Counted from the first letter of the stretch, positions 9,376 to 19,360 are shown. The stretch: 64,000 nt of DNA from Gammaproteobacteria bacterium (GCA_965215365.1 CBDCDS010000003.1:2016001-2080000), one strand, 5' to 3'. Translations and numbers: made by a program. The notes: generated by a model not told the origin, from the letters alone.

Positions 9376-10302
9376 GTGGGCTTGAATCATTCCGCAATGG
9401 CGCGACAGCGGGAACTGTCTTTGCTCGCCGCAGGTGCTACCAAGCCGGTGCTAACGGCCGCCGATCGGCTGAGCTTTACCCTGTGTCTGGCCCTGTTGTT
9501 CCATGCCGTAGTCATTCTGGGTATCGTTTTTGTACCGCAGGACCAGACCAGCTATGAGTTCATGGAGGTCACGCTGGTGCAACAATCCAGTGAGCCGCCG
9601 GCAGACGTCGAGGTGCTGGCGCAGGCCAATCTGCGCGGCGGCGGGGAAGCCGCCGCCGCGCCTGCTCCAGCGCCGCCGCCATTGCCGTCGGCAGAACCAA
9701 CCGAAGTGACGCAACCGGTTGCAGCCCCGCAGCCCGAACCGGCCCTGCAAGCGCCGCCGCCGGCCGCGCCTGAGCCGGAAACCGTTGAGCAACTGGCGGT
9801 TATGAAAGAAGACACCGCCACGGCGATACCGGAACCGCAGGCTGAGCCCAAGACCACGCGCCCTGGCGCCGCCGAGCTGGTCGCGGACAGCTTGCGCATG
9901 GCCGCCTTGAGCTCGGCGGCGGAGCAGCAACAGGAAACCAGCACCAACAATCCCAGAAGAACATTCATTTCAGCCAACACGCAGAAGTACAAGTACGCCG
10001 CCTACATGGAAGCCTGGCGCGCCAAAGTGGAACGCGTGGGCAACCTGAACTACCCGGAAGAAGCCAGAAAAAATAAAATCTCCGGGCAGCTGGTGCTGGA
10101 TGTGGCGCTGAACCCGGACGGCAAGATAAATCAGATTACCGTGCGCCGTTCCTCGGGCCACAAGGTGCTGGACGACGCAGCTATCAGGATTGTGGAACTG
10201 GCCGCGCCGTTTGCGCCGTTCCCGGACGACATCCGCAAGGAAACCGATATCCTGCACATCAACCGCACCTGGCAGTTTATCGACCAGAGCGGCTTCAGGT
10301 AG
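9376..10302 (+). CDS. tonB: TonB family energy transducer
   Basis: N-terminal TM with His, Pro-rich linker, C-terminal YPEEAR...SSGHKVLDDAA. True start may be ATG 9397. Confidence 0.85.
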   Translation: MGLNHSAMARQRELSLLAAGATKPVLTAADRLSFTLCLALLFHAVVILGIVFVPQDQTSYEFMEVTLVQQSSEPPADVEVLAQANLRGGGEAAAAPAPAPPPLPSAEPTEVTQPVAAPQPEPALQAPPPAAPEPETVEQLAVMKEDTATAIPEPQAEPKTTRPGAAELVADSLRMAALSSAAEQQQETSTNNPRRTFISANTQKYKYAAYMEAWRAKVERVGNLNYPEEARKNKISGQLVLDVALNPDGKINQITVRRSSGHKVLDDAAIRIVELAAPFAPFPDDIRKETDILHINRTWQFIDQSGFR

Positions 10303-10306
10303 GTCA

Positions 10307-10339
10307 GGGAACCTCCAAAAATACCCTCCGTGGTATTTT
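10307..10339. repeat. truncated MITE-family copy
   Basis: GGGAACCTCCAAAAATACCCTCCGTGGTATTTT is the reverse complement of the family's right end. Confidence 0.6.
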
Positions 10340-10395
10340 CAACGGCGCTGGCAAGATTGGCAAACAGCACCCGGCCTGAAGGCCGGGCGTGGCGT

Positions 10396-10932
10396 TTACT
10401 CGGGGCTGTAGGGTAGTGATGAGTGATGCAGATTGATCTTCAAATCACCATCAACCAGGACGTAGCCAAAGGTATATTCCACCTTGGTCTCACCACCGTC
10501 CGGGCCGGTGAAGTAGTAGTTGCCCATAGCCATTGCGCAGTCGTCGTCAAGGTAAATACCGTTGTTCTCCCAGCGCACATTGGTCCAGCCTTTGATGGCA
10601 AACCCCGTGTCCTCGGTTCCCTCTTTTCCGACGAAATAGCTCAGCGCTTCGTCGAAGGTTTCACGGAACTGATCTTCCGCCGCCAGGGTCGGCTTGAACA
10701 TAACGCCAGTCTCGCCATAGGCATACAGGTCATTGATGTGCGCCGTCGCACGGGCGGTGTAGTCGCCGCCCTCGGCATGCACCCTGGAAATTGCGACAAT
10801 GCCGTTGCCCCAGGTCTGCTGCGCATCAATGACCGTCTGTTGGGTGATCGGTTGCGCCGCAGCTGAGGCCGCAATGGCGGCAAGGGCGAGGCCGGTGGCT
10901 GTGGCCAGAACCGGATGTGGTTGCTTCTTCAT
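10396..10932 (-). CDS. periplasmic iota-class (COG4337-like) carbonic anhydrase
   Basis: Signal peptide; AQQTWG, FKPTLA, ALSYFVG, GFAIKGW, MGNYYFT, KVEYTFGY and C-terminal HHSSLPY. Confidence 0.75.
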   Translation of the reverse strand: MKKQPHPVLATATGLALAAIAASAAAQPITQQTVIDAQQTWGNGIVAISRVHAEGGDYTARATAHINDLYAYGETGVMFKPTLAAEDQFRETFDEALSYFVGKEGTEDTGFAIKGWTNVRWENNGIYLDDDCAMAMGNYYFTGPDGGETKVEYTFGYVLVDGDLKINLHHSSLPYSPE

Positions 10933-11090
10933 AATGGATACTTGCTCTTTTGTTTCAGGGAAATTGACGAGAGCGCAGGATCAGAGATCGCGCTGCCGAT
11001 GTTGACTATAGTCACCTTTTCACGCAGCCATGTCAAGACCTGACCGACGACGGACGGCCGCTCTGCCGTTGGCATGGCAATGAATACGCT

Positions 11091-12341
11091 TCAGCCGTCC
11101 GTTACCCGGAATTCAGGCCGCTGCCGGAGGCTCGCAGCTGAGAAGACTTCGTCGCGAAACAGCCGGGGATAGTAGTAGGCCCTGAGCTCGGCATGAAAGT
11201 CGCGCAGCCGTTGTTCATAGGCCAGCGCCGCCGTCATGCTGGTGCCGGCAAGGCCTTGCAGGGCGCGCTCAACCAGCGCCGGCGGTGACAGCCAGGCCAG
11301 CGTTGCGGCCAGCCGCTCACGCCTTAGGCGTCCGGCGCGATAGGCCTGCGACAGCGGTTCGACGGTCTGGTCGCCCACTTGCTGAAAGGCGTAATACCAT
11401 TTCCATTCGAATGTCTGGCGTACTTCTGCGTAGTCGGCCCACTCCGGATGGCGGGCAACGAAGGGCTTCATAGTCGCTGACTTGGGTAAATCCCAGGCGT
11501 CGTTCACAGCTTCCCTTTGGGTGAGCATGATGGCGCCGCCGTCCGGCAAGGGCACGGCGGCCTTCACCGAACCCTCGATGACTGCGGGGACGACCACGGC
11601 CAGTGCCAGCCACGCGCCAAGCAGCGCGGTCAGGTTGACCGGACTGCTCCAGCCAAAGCGGTCGATAGCTGCACAAACGCCCCACCAGAAGCCGCAGTGC
11701 AAGGCGACAACGAAGCTCGCAAGCGCGAGCTTTGAGACGTCCGTTGCGGCCAGCAAACCGCCAACCCAGAGTGGCGCGAGCAGGCACAGCGTCAGCGCCC
11801 CAACCCGCAATACTACGCGCGCCCGCCACGGACTGCCCGGGTTCAGCGCCATGGCGCTGAGCAGTTCATAGCGTCCCGCCGCGCGCTCCCCGGAACGCAG
11901 GTCATGCAGCAGCAGTATTAACAATAGCGGCGCCAGCATGCTCGCGGCAAACGCAAAGTCGAGACGGCCAATCAGGGCAAAGTCCGGGTTGTCCGCGTCG
12001 GTTTCGTAGATTTGCCCTTCCAGGGCGAGGGCGCGGATACGATGTTTCCAGGGCGAGGTGTCGCGCTGGCCGAGCGCGGCAAACGCAAAATCCGGCGGCG
12101 GCGCGTAGGTCAGATGAAAGGTGTAATAAGCGGCGCTGCCCCAGTCCTGTTGCAGCCCCGTTACTACTTCCCGCTCAGCGCGGTCGATTTCGATCAATTC
12201 GTCAAGCACAGTCCGTTGCGCGGCCACCTCGCGCAGACCAAGCAACACCGAGGCGCCGGCGACCAACACGGCCAGCCCCAACCACAGCAACGCCGCCCGG
12301 TCCATTGCGAGAAACCGGAGTTCCGGCAGCAGCCCACTCAC
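11091..12341 (-). CDS. ABC-2 type permease, DUF3526 family
   Basis: Multi-TM; WGSAAYY, GQRD, GRLDFAF, QREAVNDAWD. Confidence 0.75.
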   Translation of the reverse strand: MSGLLPELRFLAMDRAALLWLGLAVLVAGASVLLGLREVAAQRTVLDELIEIDRAEREVVTGLQQDWGSAAYYTFHLTYAPPPDFAFAALGQRDTSPWKHRIRALALEGQIYETDADNPDFALIGRLDFAFAASMLAPLLLILLLHDLRSGERAAGRYELLSAMALNPGSPWRARVVLRVGALTLCLLAPLWVGGLLAATDVSKLALASFVVALHCGFWWGVCAAIDRFGWSSPVNLTALLGAWLALAVVVPAVIEGSVKAAVPLPDGGAIMLTQREAVNDAWDLPKSATMKPFVARHPEWADYAEVRQTFEWKWYYAFQQVGDQTVEPLSQAYRAGRLRRERLAATLAWLSPPALVERALQGLAGTSMTAALAYEQRLRDFHAELRAYYYPRLFRDEVFSAASLRQRPEFRVTDG

Positions 12342-13777
12342 GGCTGCATCCTGCGCACGGCAAGTATGCCCATGGCTGACAGCAGCAGCAACCAGACGCA
12401 GAGCATGGCTGCGGGAGCGCTGGCGCGGGCCAGGCGTGTCGTGGCCGCGGCGGGTCGGAAGGAAAACTCATCGAGCACGTTCCAGTTGTCGGCTGCGATG
12501 CGCGCGCGTCTTGAGGCTTCGGCATCGACGTTACGATTGATGTCATCGAGATAGGCGAGTCGCTCGGTATGGGCGCGATTGAGGCCCTGCACGAAATCGA
12601 AGCGTACCGCTTCGGCGGCGCGCAGGAAACGATGGTGGGTGGCAAGGTCGGTTCCCGCCAGCGCGCGCGAGCCGGCGGCGACCGCCACCACCGGCGACAG
12701 CCAGCCAAAGGCGGCGGCGCGCCGGGCCTGAGCCGCCTCCAGCGCCATGCGCTGTTCGGCATGCCGGTTCATCACCGCCGTCAAACCTGCTTCTGCGGTT
12801 TGGGCGACGATGCCTCGAAAGTTGACCGGCAAGTCTTCCAGCCGGGTCACATCGTATTGCGCCAGCAGGTCTGCCTTGAGCTGCTGAAATGCCGGGGTGT
12901 CGGCGTTGTGACCATCACCGACGGCACGCAGCTCGGCCTGCATGTTGAGGTCGGTCTCTATCTTGCCCGGCGCGGGAATGGCGCGGCGCGCGGACTCCAC
13001 TGCAAGGCGTGGGATAATCAAGGCGCTGGCCAGCCAGAACAGAGTGAGTATGCCGAGGGCCAGACTGCGCGTGCGGGCCCGGCTCGACACGAGCAGGATG
13101 AGGCTGCACCAGACGAGCAGATAGAGCGTATAGAGCATCAGCATGCCGGCGGCGGCGGGCGCCGCCGCCCCCTGTCCGATGGCCGCCGCGCAGACGCCGG
13201 CAAGCGGCAGCAACAGCGCCAGCGACAGACCCGCCAGAGCAATCCACTTGCCAGCGTAGAGCTGAATGCCGGTTACGCCCTGCGCCAGCAGTGGCGCCAG
13301 CGTATTCTCTTCGCGCTCGCGCGTGAGCAGGCCATGACCGATGGCAATCAACAGCAATGGCAGAAATAATTGATAGGCTAAGGCGCTGGTCAAGTCCTCA
13401 AATCCGCCGAGTTCGGCGCTTGCCCGCGCCGCGGCAAACATGGCGGTGTTTTGCTGGTGGCCTTCCAGAAACATCGACTGCCCGGTGACCGGGTCCACGC
13501 CCGGATCGATCATCGCCAGCGGTGGCGGGACGCGGAACACATAATGCCCGTAGTGCACCATGCGATGCGGGTGGCGCCCGGGCTGAGACAGAAAGGTCTG
13601 TTCGGCAACGGCCTGTTGCTGCGTGCGCCCGTGATGTGCCTCGCTCAGCCTGAGCGCGGTAACCACGCTGGTCGCGGCCAGCAGCAGCGCGCAGCTCAGC
13701 AACAGGCCCAACGCCAGCCGCGACCTCAGCCACAGCTGCCATTCCGCTTGGGCGATGGTAAGCAGCTTGCGCATCAT
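12338..13777 (-). CDS. ABC-2 type permease, DUF3526 family
   Basis: HPHRMVHYGHY, FLEGHQQN, EREENTL; overlaps neighbours by 4 nt. Confidence 0.75.
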   Translation of the reverse strand: MMRKLLTIAQAEWQLWLRSRLALGLLLSCALLLAATSVVTALRLSEAHHGRTQQQAVAEQTFLSQPGRHPHRMVHYGHYVFRVPPPLAMIDPGVDPVTGQSMFLEGHQQNTAMFAAARASAELGGFEDLTSALAYQLFLPLLLIAIGHGLLTREREENTLAPLLAQGVTGIQLYAGKWIALAGLSLALLLPLAGVCAAAIGQGAAAPAAAGMLMLYTLYLLVWCSLILLVSSRARTRSLALGILTLFWLASALIIPRLAVESARRAIPAPGKIETDLNMQAELRAVGDGHNADTPAFQQLKADLLAQYDVTRLEDLPVNFRGIVAQTAEAGLTAVMNRHAEQRMALEAAQARRAAAFGWLSPVVAVAAGSRALAGTDLATHHRFLRAAEAVRFDFVQGLNRAHTERLAYLDDINRNVDAEASRRARIAADNWNVLDEFSFRPAAATTRLARASAPAAMLCVWLLLLSAMGILAVRRMQP

Positions 13778-14496
13778 GCCGCGGCCTGGGCGGCGAAGGC
13801 GGCATGCACCGCTTCGGTGTCGATACGGTTCAGGCCCGAGGGGCGGTCGAAGTGGCCGACGAGTTCGCCTTTGTGCAGCAGGTGGATGCGGTCGGCGACA
13901 TGGCAGGCGCCGTACACATCGTGGGTCACCAGCAAAATGGTGCGGCCGCCTTCGGCAAGGTCCTGGACCAGCCGGTTGAAATCATCGATCGCCGCAGGGT
14001 CGAGACCGGAGGTCGGCTCGTCGAGCAGCAGAATGGGCGCCTCTCTCAAAATTGCCATGGCAATCGCCACCTTTTGACGCATGCCCTTGGAGTAGGTTTG
14101 CATACGCATGGCCCGGGCCTCGACCGGCAAGGCCACGCGCTGCAGGGCGGCATCAAGTGCTTGCTGCTGCGTGTCCGCTTTGGCGAGAGACAGGAAGTAG
14201 CGCAGATTTTCATAGGCATTCAGGTGGCCATACAAGGTGGCCGCCTCCGGCAGGTAGGCGATGGCTTGCCGGGCGGCGCCGATGTTGGCGCGCACATCCC
14301 GGCCGCACACCTGCGCGCAGCCCGACAGCGGTGACAGGAAGCCAAGAAAGGTCAACAAGGCGGTTGACTTGCCGGCACCGTTGCCGCCGAGCAAGGCATG
14401 AACTTCGCCTTGCTCGATGCTGAAGGAGATATCCTTCAGAACTGGCCGGCCGGCGCGTTCGACGCTGAGCGCCCGGGCGCTGAGCATGGGCATCAT
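13774..14496 (-). CDS. ABC transporter ATP-binding protein
   Basis: GGNGAGKST, YSKGMRQK, LLLDEPTSGLDP. Confidence 0.9.
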   Translation of the reverse strand: MMPMLSARALSVERAGRPVLKDISFSIEQGEVHALLGGNGAGKSTALLTFLGFLSPLSGCAQVCGRDVRANIGAARQAIAYLPEAATLYGHLNAYENLRYFLSLAKADTQQQALDAALQRVALPVEARAMRMQTYSKGMRQKVAIAMAILREAPILLLDEPTSGLDPAAIDDFNRLVQDLAEGGRTILLVTHDVYGACHVADRIHLLHKGELVGHFDRPSGLNRIDTEAVHAAFAAQAAA

Positions 14497-14502
14497 GGAT
14501 CG

Positions 14503-16707
14503 CTAAAATGAATAGGACGCGGTGACGCGGTAGCTGCGCGGCGCGCCGGGCTCGACCCAAACATCCGCATACGAATTGGTGTAGTAGGTCTCGTCAAACG
14601 CGTTGTCCAGGTCAACGCGCAGGGTAAGCCGCGGCGTCGGTGCAATCTGGCCGAAGAAGCGCGCGGTGGTATAGCTCGGCAGGTAGAAATCAAATGCCGT
14701 GAACCCCAGCCGCGCGTCCGTGTATTGCAGCCCGGCGCCCACCTGCGCCGGCATGCCGGCCACCTGGAAACTCTGGCTGAGCTGTACGCTCAGCTGATGC
14801 TCCGGCGAGTTGATGAGCGGGTCCCCGTCCTCAATGAGCACGCCCCAGTCAGCTTCAAGATTGCTGGTGGTAAATTCGGCGTCGATGTAGGCATAGGAAA
14901 GCCATAGGTTAAAGCCGGTCTCGAAGGCCAGGTCGGCGTCAACTTCAACCCCACGGCTGCGGGCTTTACCGGCGCTGCGGGAAAACCACCCGACTGCCAC
15001 GGCCTCCGGTCGGTCGTCGTTCACCAGAATGTTGCTTTGGTCCACCTGGAACAGCGACAGCGTCAGCGCGCCGGAGACACTGGTTGAAAACTGCGCCGCA
15101 GCCAGCTTCAGCCCGACCTCCACAGACTCAGTGATGTTCGGAGCAAACTGGTTGCCCTGATAGTCGGAACCGGCTTGTTGGCGAAAGCCTTCGCCGTAGG
15201 AGGCGTACAGGCTGGCGTTTTCGTTGAGTGAGTACACCGCGCCAAACTGCGGCGAGACCCGGGTATCCGAGGCGGTGGTCGTCGTTGCGGGAGTCGCGCG
15301 CAGGTTGGTCAAGTCCTGTTCAAAGTCATCCCAGCGCAAACCGAGGCGCACTTGCAGTCGCTCGGTGAGATCGATCTGGTCTTGGATGTAGAAGCCGAAG
15401 CCTTCCAGATCTTCGGCGCGGTGGGTGTTGGGACCCGGCAGCGGTTGTGGAGACTGACCATAGGCCGGATTGAACACATCCAAGAACAGATACGCGGCCG
15501 GGTCGAGGGTGTTGATGTCCGTGTCTGCCGGAAACCACCCGGGCCGGTAGCGCAAGATGAACCAGTTGAGTTGGAAACGATCGTAGTCGGCGCCGGCCAG
15601 CAGCCGGTGGCGCAGCGCGCCGGTGTTGAACTCCCCGGCAACTTCCGCGCGGGCGACGAAGTAGTCCGAATCAAATTCCCGATAGCGGAAAAAGCGCGAC
15701 AGGGTGCGGCCATCGAGGAAATAGGTCTGGCGCCCCGCGAAGTTGGTTTCCGAGGCGTTGCCCGCAAACGAGGTGTCCCGGTAGCCAACGCCGGCCAGCA
15801 GGCTCCAGTTTTCGGAGAAGTTATGCTGGGCTTCGAGTTGGTGTCCCAGCACTTCGGTCTCAATGGGCCCGTCGCCCGGCTCGCCGACAAAGGTTTTACG
15901 CGGCGTGAAACCATGTGTTTCCGAATAGGCAACGCCTCGATCAAAGGGGACCTCCTGCTCCGTGTACTCGACTTCGTAGGTTACGCGGGTTGCTTCGGAG
16001 ACAGCCCAAGTGAACGACGGATACAGGCCCACGCGTTCGGTTTCAACCGTATTCCTGAAGCTCTCCGCATCTTCGTAGAAGCCGACCAGGCGCAGCCCCA
16101 ACTCGTCGCCGGTGCCTACGGTAGTCTGCACATCGCCTTCAAAACGCATTTGCTGCCAGCGTCCGTAGGTGGCGCGCAAGTCCCCCGCCGTCTCAAATTG
16201 CGGCCGTTTGGTAATCAGGTTGACCGTACCGCCGGGCTCGCCGCGTCCGAACAGCGCCGCGCGCGGCCCTTTCAGCACTTCCACGGACTCAATGCCTACC
16301 AGGTCGCGCGGCCCGGCGAAGCCGCGCCCGGCATTGAAACCATTAACCAGAAATCCGCTGGGCAGGTTGATGTCGCCGGCGAAGCCGCGCACTGAAAAGG
16401 AGTTCCACAGCCCGCCAAAGTTGTTTTGCCGGGCCACGGATGCCGACAGGTCCAGCGCCTCATTGAGGTTGATGGCGCCGACCTGACGCAGCAGCTCCTC
16501 ATCAATGGCCTGGTCCGCCGAAGGCTTTTCCAGATTATCGAAGTTACCCTGATAGGCGCGGCGCTTGCCGATCACGAAAACTTCTTCTACGAGTTGTTCA
16601 GAGGCCTCTGCCTGCGAGGTTTGCGCGGCCACGGGCAGCGCGTAGAAATAAGTGAGTACGGCGGCGACTGCGAGCGCCGCCACCGGCTTGAATGTGTGTC
16701 GGATCAT
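14503..16707 (-). CDS. TonB-dependent outer-membrane receptor
   Basis: Signal peptide, TonB box EEVFVIG, plug motif IESVEVLKGP..LFG...PGGTVN, C-terminal SYSF. Confidence 0.9.
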   Translation of the reverse strand: MIRHTFKPVAALAVAAVLTYFYALPVAAQTSQAEASEQLVEEVFVIGKRRAYQGNFDNLEKPSADQAIDEELLRQVGAINLNEALDLSASVARQNNFGGLWNSFSVRGFAGDINLPSGFLVNGFNAGRGFAGPRDLVGIESVEVLKGPRAALFGRGEPGGTVNLITKRPQFETAGDLRATYGRWQQMRFEGDVQTTVGTGDELGLRLVGFYEDAESFRNTVETERVGLYPSFTWAVSEATRVTYEVEYTEQEVPFDRGVAYSETHGFTPRKTFVGEPGDGPIETEVLGHQLEAQHNFSENWSLLAGVGYRDTSFAGNASETNFAGRQTYFLDGRTLSRFFRYREFDSDYFVARAEVAGEFNTGALRHRLLAGADYDRFQLNWFILRYRPGWFPADTDINTLDPAAYLFLDVFNPAYGQSPQPLPGPNTHRAEDLEGFGFYIQDQIDLTERLQVRLGLRWDDFEQDLTNLRATPATTTTASDTRVSPQFGAVYSLNENASLYASYGEGFRQQAGSDYQGNQFAPNITESVEVGLKLAAAQFSTSVSGALTLSLFQVDQSNILVNDDRPEAVAVGWFSRSAGKARSRGVEVDADLAFETGFNLWLSYAYIDAEFTTSNLEADWGVLIEDGDPLINSPEHQLSVQLSQSFQVAGMPAQVGAGLQYTDARLGFTAFDFYLPSYTTARFFGQIAPTPRLTLRVDLDNAFDETYYTNSYADVWVEPGAPRSYRVTASYSF

Positions 16708-16870
16708 TTTTCCTGTTCCATAAATATTTCAAGTACCGCAACGGCCACAGCACACAGCTGTGCAGCTGCCGTTAGCGGTGTAAGTAAACCCACGGCGTCT
16801 GTGAAAACCAGAGACGGTCATACAGCATGGGGACATGCCCGGTAAATACCACAGCGGGCAGTTACAGAGG

Positions 16871-17182
16871 CTACTTCAAGGAGAATAAGGTCAAAGGAGG
16901 GCCGGTAGGCGGTGGTCGAATCGAGAGCGGGCGCGTTGGCAGCGTCTGATTTGTTGATTGAGGTGTGGCCGGGGGCCACGCAACGAACGTTGCCAAAACG
17001 CCATTCGCAACGGCAACGAGCGCCTCCTGCTCATCGTTCAAAATGGCGAAACAGGCAACCCCATCGTGCTCATGGTGACCGGCGCCAAACTCACTCGCAT
17101 GCGCAAGCGCGAGCACTTGCCCGGCCAGGAACAGGGCCAGCCCGAGTCGTGGTATCCATTTGTGCTGAGTGATTCGCAACAT
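16871..17182 (-). CDS. DUF2946-like His-rich small protein upstream of the TBDR
   Basis: Hydrophobic N-terminus, HHEHDGVAC, Pro-rich C-terminus RPPPTGPP; characteristic position. Confidence 0.6.
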   Translation of the reverse strand: MLRITQHKWIPRLGLALFLAGQVLALAHASEFGAGHHEHDGVACFAILNDEQEALVAVANGVLATFVAWPPATPQSTNQTLPTRPLSIRPPPTGPPLTLFSLK

Positions 17183-17215
17183 GGCACCATTTTACACGAT
17201 TCAGCTGGCATTCTC

Positions 17216-17233
17216 TAGTGTAATACAACATTC
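17216..17233. promoter_or_regulatory. possible Zur box
   Basis: Minus strand AATGTTGTATTACACTA partly matches the Zur consensus AATGTTATAnTATAACA, ~35 nt upstream of the module's first gene. Confidence 0.35.
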
Positions 17234-18596
17234 ACGTTTTCTTCCTGCCTCGTTTCCAGTCCGGCACAACTCTGGTCTCGCGGCGGCTCAGGGCTAGGGC
17301 GCCGGGCTCTACATCCTTGCTTAGCGTGGCGCCGGCGGCGATGGTGGCGCCGGCGTTGATGGTGAGGGGGGCGATGAGTTCGGTGTTGGAGCCGATGAAC
17401 ACATCAGCGCCGATGATGGTTTTGTGCTTCTCAGCGCCGTCGTAGTTGCAGGTGATGGCGCCGGCGCCGATGTTGACACGCGCTCCGACCTCGCTGTCGC
17501 CGATGTAGCTGAGATGGTTGGCCTTGGTACCCTGGCCCAGGGCTGATTGTTTTATTTCGACGAAATTACCGATATGCACATCTTCATCAAGCCTGGAACC
17601 GGGGCGGATGCGGGCAAACGGGCCAATCCGGTTCCTGGCGCCGAGCTCGGCATTGTCGATGACACTGTGGGCATGGATTTGTGCCTCGGCGCCGATACAG
17701 CTGTTGCGAATGATGCAGTTGGGGCCGATGACAGCCCGATTACCGATATGCACCTCGCCTTCGATGACGACATTCACATCTATGAAAACATCCTCACCGG
17801 TGGTCAGCGTGCCGCGCAGGTCGAAGCGGGCCGGATCCGCCAGACTGACACCCTGGCACATGAGGGTCCGGGCCTGTTGTAGCTGGTAGTGTCGTTCCAG
17901 TTCGGCCAGTTGCGCGCGGTCATTCACGCCTGTTATCTCCATGTTTGAGGCAGGGGAAACCGTCTGCACCTCAACGCCTTGCCGCACCGCGTGGCCGACT
18001 GCATCGGTGAGCAGATACTCTCGCTGCGCGTTGTCATCCGTGAGCAGGTTCAACCCGTTTTGCAGCAGGTCGGCGCGCGCCACCATCATCCCCGTGTTGA
18101 TCTCGCACAGCAGTTGCTGCTGCTCGCTGGCGTCGCGCTGCTCTACGATTTTCACAACCTTGCCGGCTGCGTCTCGTACTATACGACCGTAGCCGGCAGG
18201 GTTATCAAGGTAAGCGGTCAGCAGGCTGAAGCCGGCGTCTCCGGCCGCATCCACCAGCGCCGACAGGGTCTTCGCGCTAACCAGCGGCACATCGCCGTAG
18301 AGCACCAGCACCTGGTGAGAGGCGGGAATGGCACCGATCACCTGCATGACAGCATGGCCGGTGCCCAGTTGCTGTGTCTGCTCCACCCAGCGGGCGTTAC
18401 AGGTCTCATGGGCTGCGCGCAGCTGCTCACCCTGGTGCCCGTAAACAATGTAGATCTGATCACAGGACAACCGACAGGCCGTGGCGTACACATGTTGCAG
18501 CAGGGTTTTGCCGGCCAGGGTGTGCATGACCTTGGGCCGGGAAGAGCGCATGCGCTGGCCCATTCCGGCGGCAAGGATAATGGCGCTCAGGGGCAT
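17232..18596 (-). CDS. glmU: bifunctional UDP-GlcNAc pyrophosphorylase/acetyltransferase
   Basis: ILAAGMGQRMRS, LGTGHAV, LYGDVP, hexapeptide repeats, TCNYDG; downstream of atpC. Confidence 0.95.
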   Translation of the reverse strand: MPLSAIILAAGMGQRMRSSRPKVMHTLAGKTLLQHVYATACRLSCDQIYIVYGHQGEQLRAAHETCNARWVEQTQQLGTGHAVMQVIGAIPASHQVLVLYGDVPLVSAKTLSALVDAAGDAGFSLLTAYLDNPAGYGRIVRDAAGKVVKIVEQRDASEQQQLLCEINTGMMVARADLLQNGLNLLTDDNAQREYLLTDAVGHAVRQGVEVQTVSPASNMEITGVNDRAQLAELERHYQLQQARTLMCQGVSLADPARFDLRGTLTTGEDVFIDVNVVIEGEVHIGNRAVIGPNCIIRNSCIGAEAQIHAHSVIDNAELGARNRIGPFARIRPGSRLDEDVHIGNFVEIKQSALGQGTKANHLSYIGDSEVGARVNIGAGAITCNYDGAEKHKTIIGADVFIGSNTELIAPLTINAGATIAAGATLSKDVEPGALALSRRETRVVPDWKRGRKKT

Positions 18597-18687
18597 GATA
18601 ATACAGTGTTGCGAGTAGCCAACCCCCACTCGCAACAGGCCGGGGCCGGCTTTTTATCTGTTCCCGTGTTTACAGCCAGCGCCGGCC

Positions 18688-19113
18688 TCAACCGCGTCCG
18701 CTGCGCTGGCGCATCCTGCGGATGGCTTGCAACTGCGCCACGGCTTCGGCGTTTTGCGCCAGTGCGGTGGCGTATTCTATCTGCGCGTCGCGATCGTGCA
18801 GCTGCTGTTCCGCTTCTTCCTTGGCCTTGAGCACCGCCGCCTCATCCAAGTCCTCGGCGCGCATGGCTGTATCCGAAAGCACTGTCACCACCTCCGGTTG
18901 CACCTCCAACATGCCGCCGGAGACATAGAATCCCTGTTCCTCGCCATTTTCCTCCTTGACCCGTACTTCGCCGGGGGCCAGCGTCGTCACCAACGGCGTA
19001 TGACCCGGCGCAATACCTACCTCACCCAGCACGGCCGGGGCGAACACCAGCTGCGCTTCCCCGGAGAAGATCTCCTGCTCGGCGCTGACGATATCGACTT
19101 GAATGGTTGCCAT
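18688..19113 (-). CDS. atpC: ATP synthase epsilon subunit
   Basis: MATIQVDIVSAE, GEVGIAPGHTPL, SGGMLEVQP. Confidence 0.95.
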   Translation of the reverse strand: MATIQVDIVSAEQEIFSGEAQLVFAPAVLGEVGIAPGHTPLVTTLAPGEVRVKEENGEEQGFYVSGGMLEVQPEVVTVLSDTAMRAEDLDEAAVLKAKEEAEQQLHDRDAQIEYATALAQNAEAVAQLQAIRRMRQRSGRG

Positions 19114-19119
19114 AAGGTT

Positions 19120-19360
19120 TAGCCCGCATATCTCACTAAGTGATGCGAAGATCGCGCCGGGTTTTTTGCGCCTGCGGGTGCCTGCGAACGAAAGCATAGT
19201 GGTTCTCTGGTTGAGTGAGCATGTGCCCGCAGGCGCAAAAAAGACCAGCGAGGGCGCATCAAGCGCAGTGTGTTATGGGGAAAGAGTAGCAGTATTATCA
19301 TAACTTATTGATAGCAGAAATGTTTCACAAGACGACAAGCGACTTGGTGAGATCTGCGGG

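Noticed and set aside
10396-10932. Phosphoribosyl-AMP cyclohydrolase label
   Set aside because: No HisI Cys motifs; it has a signal peptide and an HHSS C-terminus.
15352-16395. Long antisense ORFs (also 19799-20785, 57589-58509)
   Set aside because: Typical high-GC shadow ORFs opposite well-supported genes.
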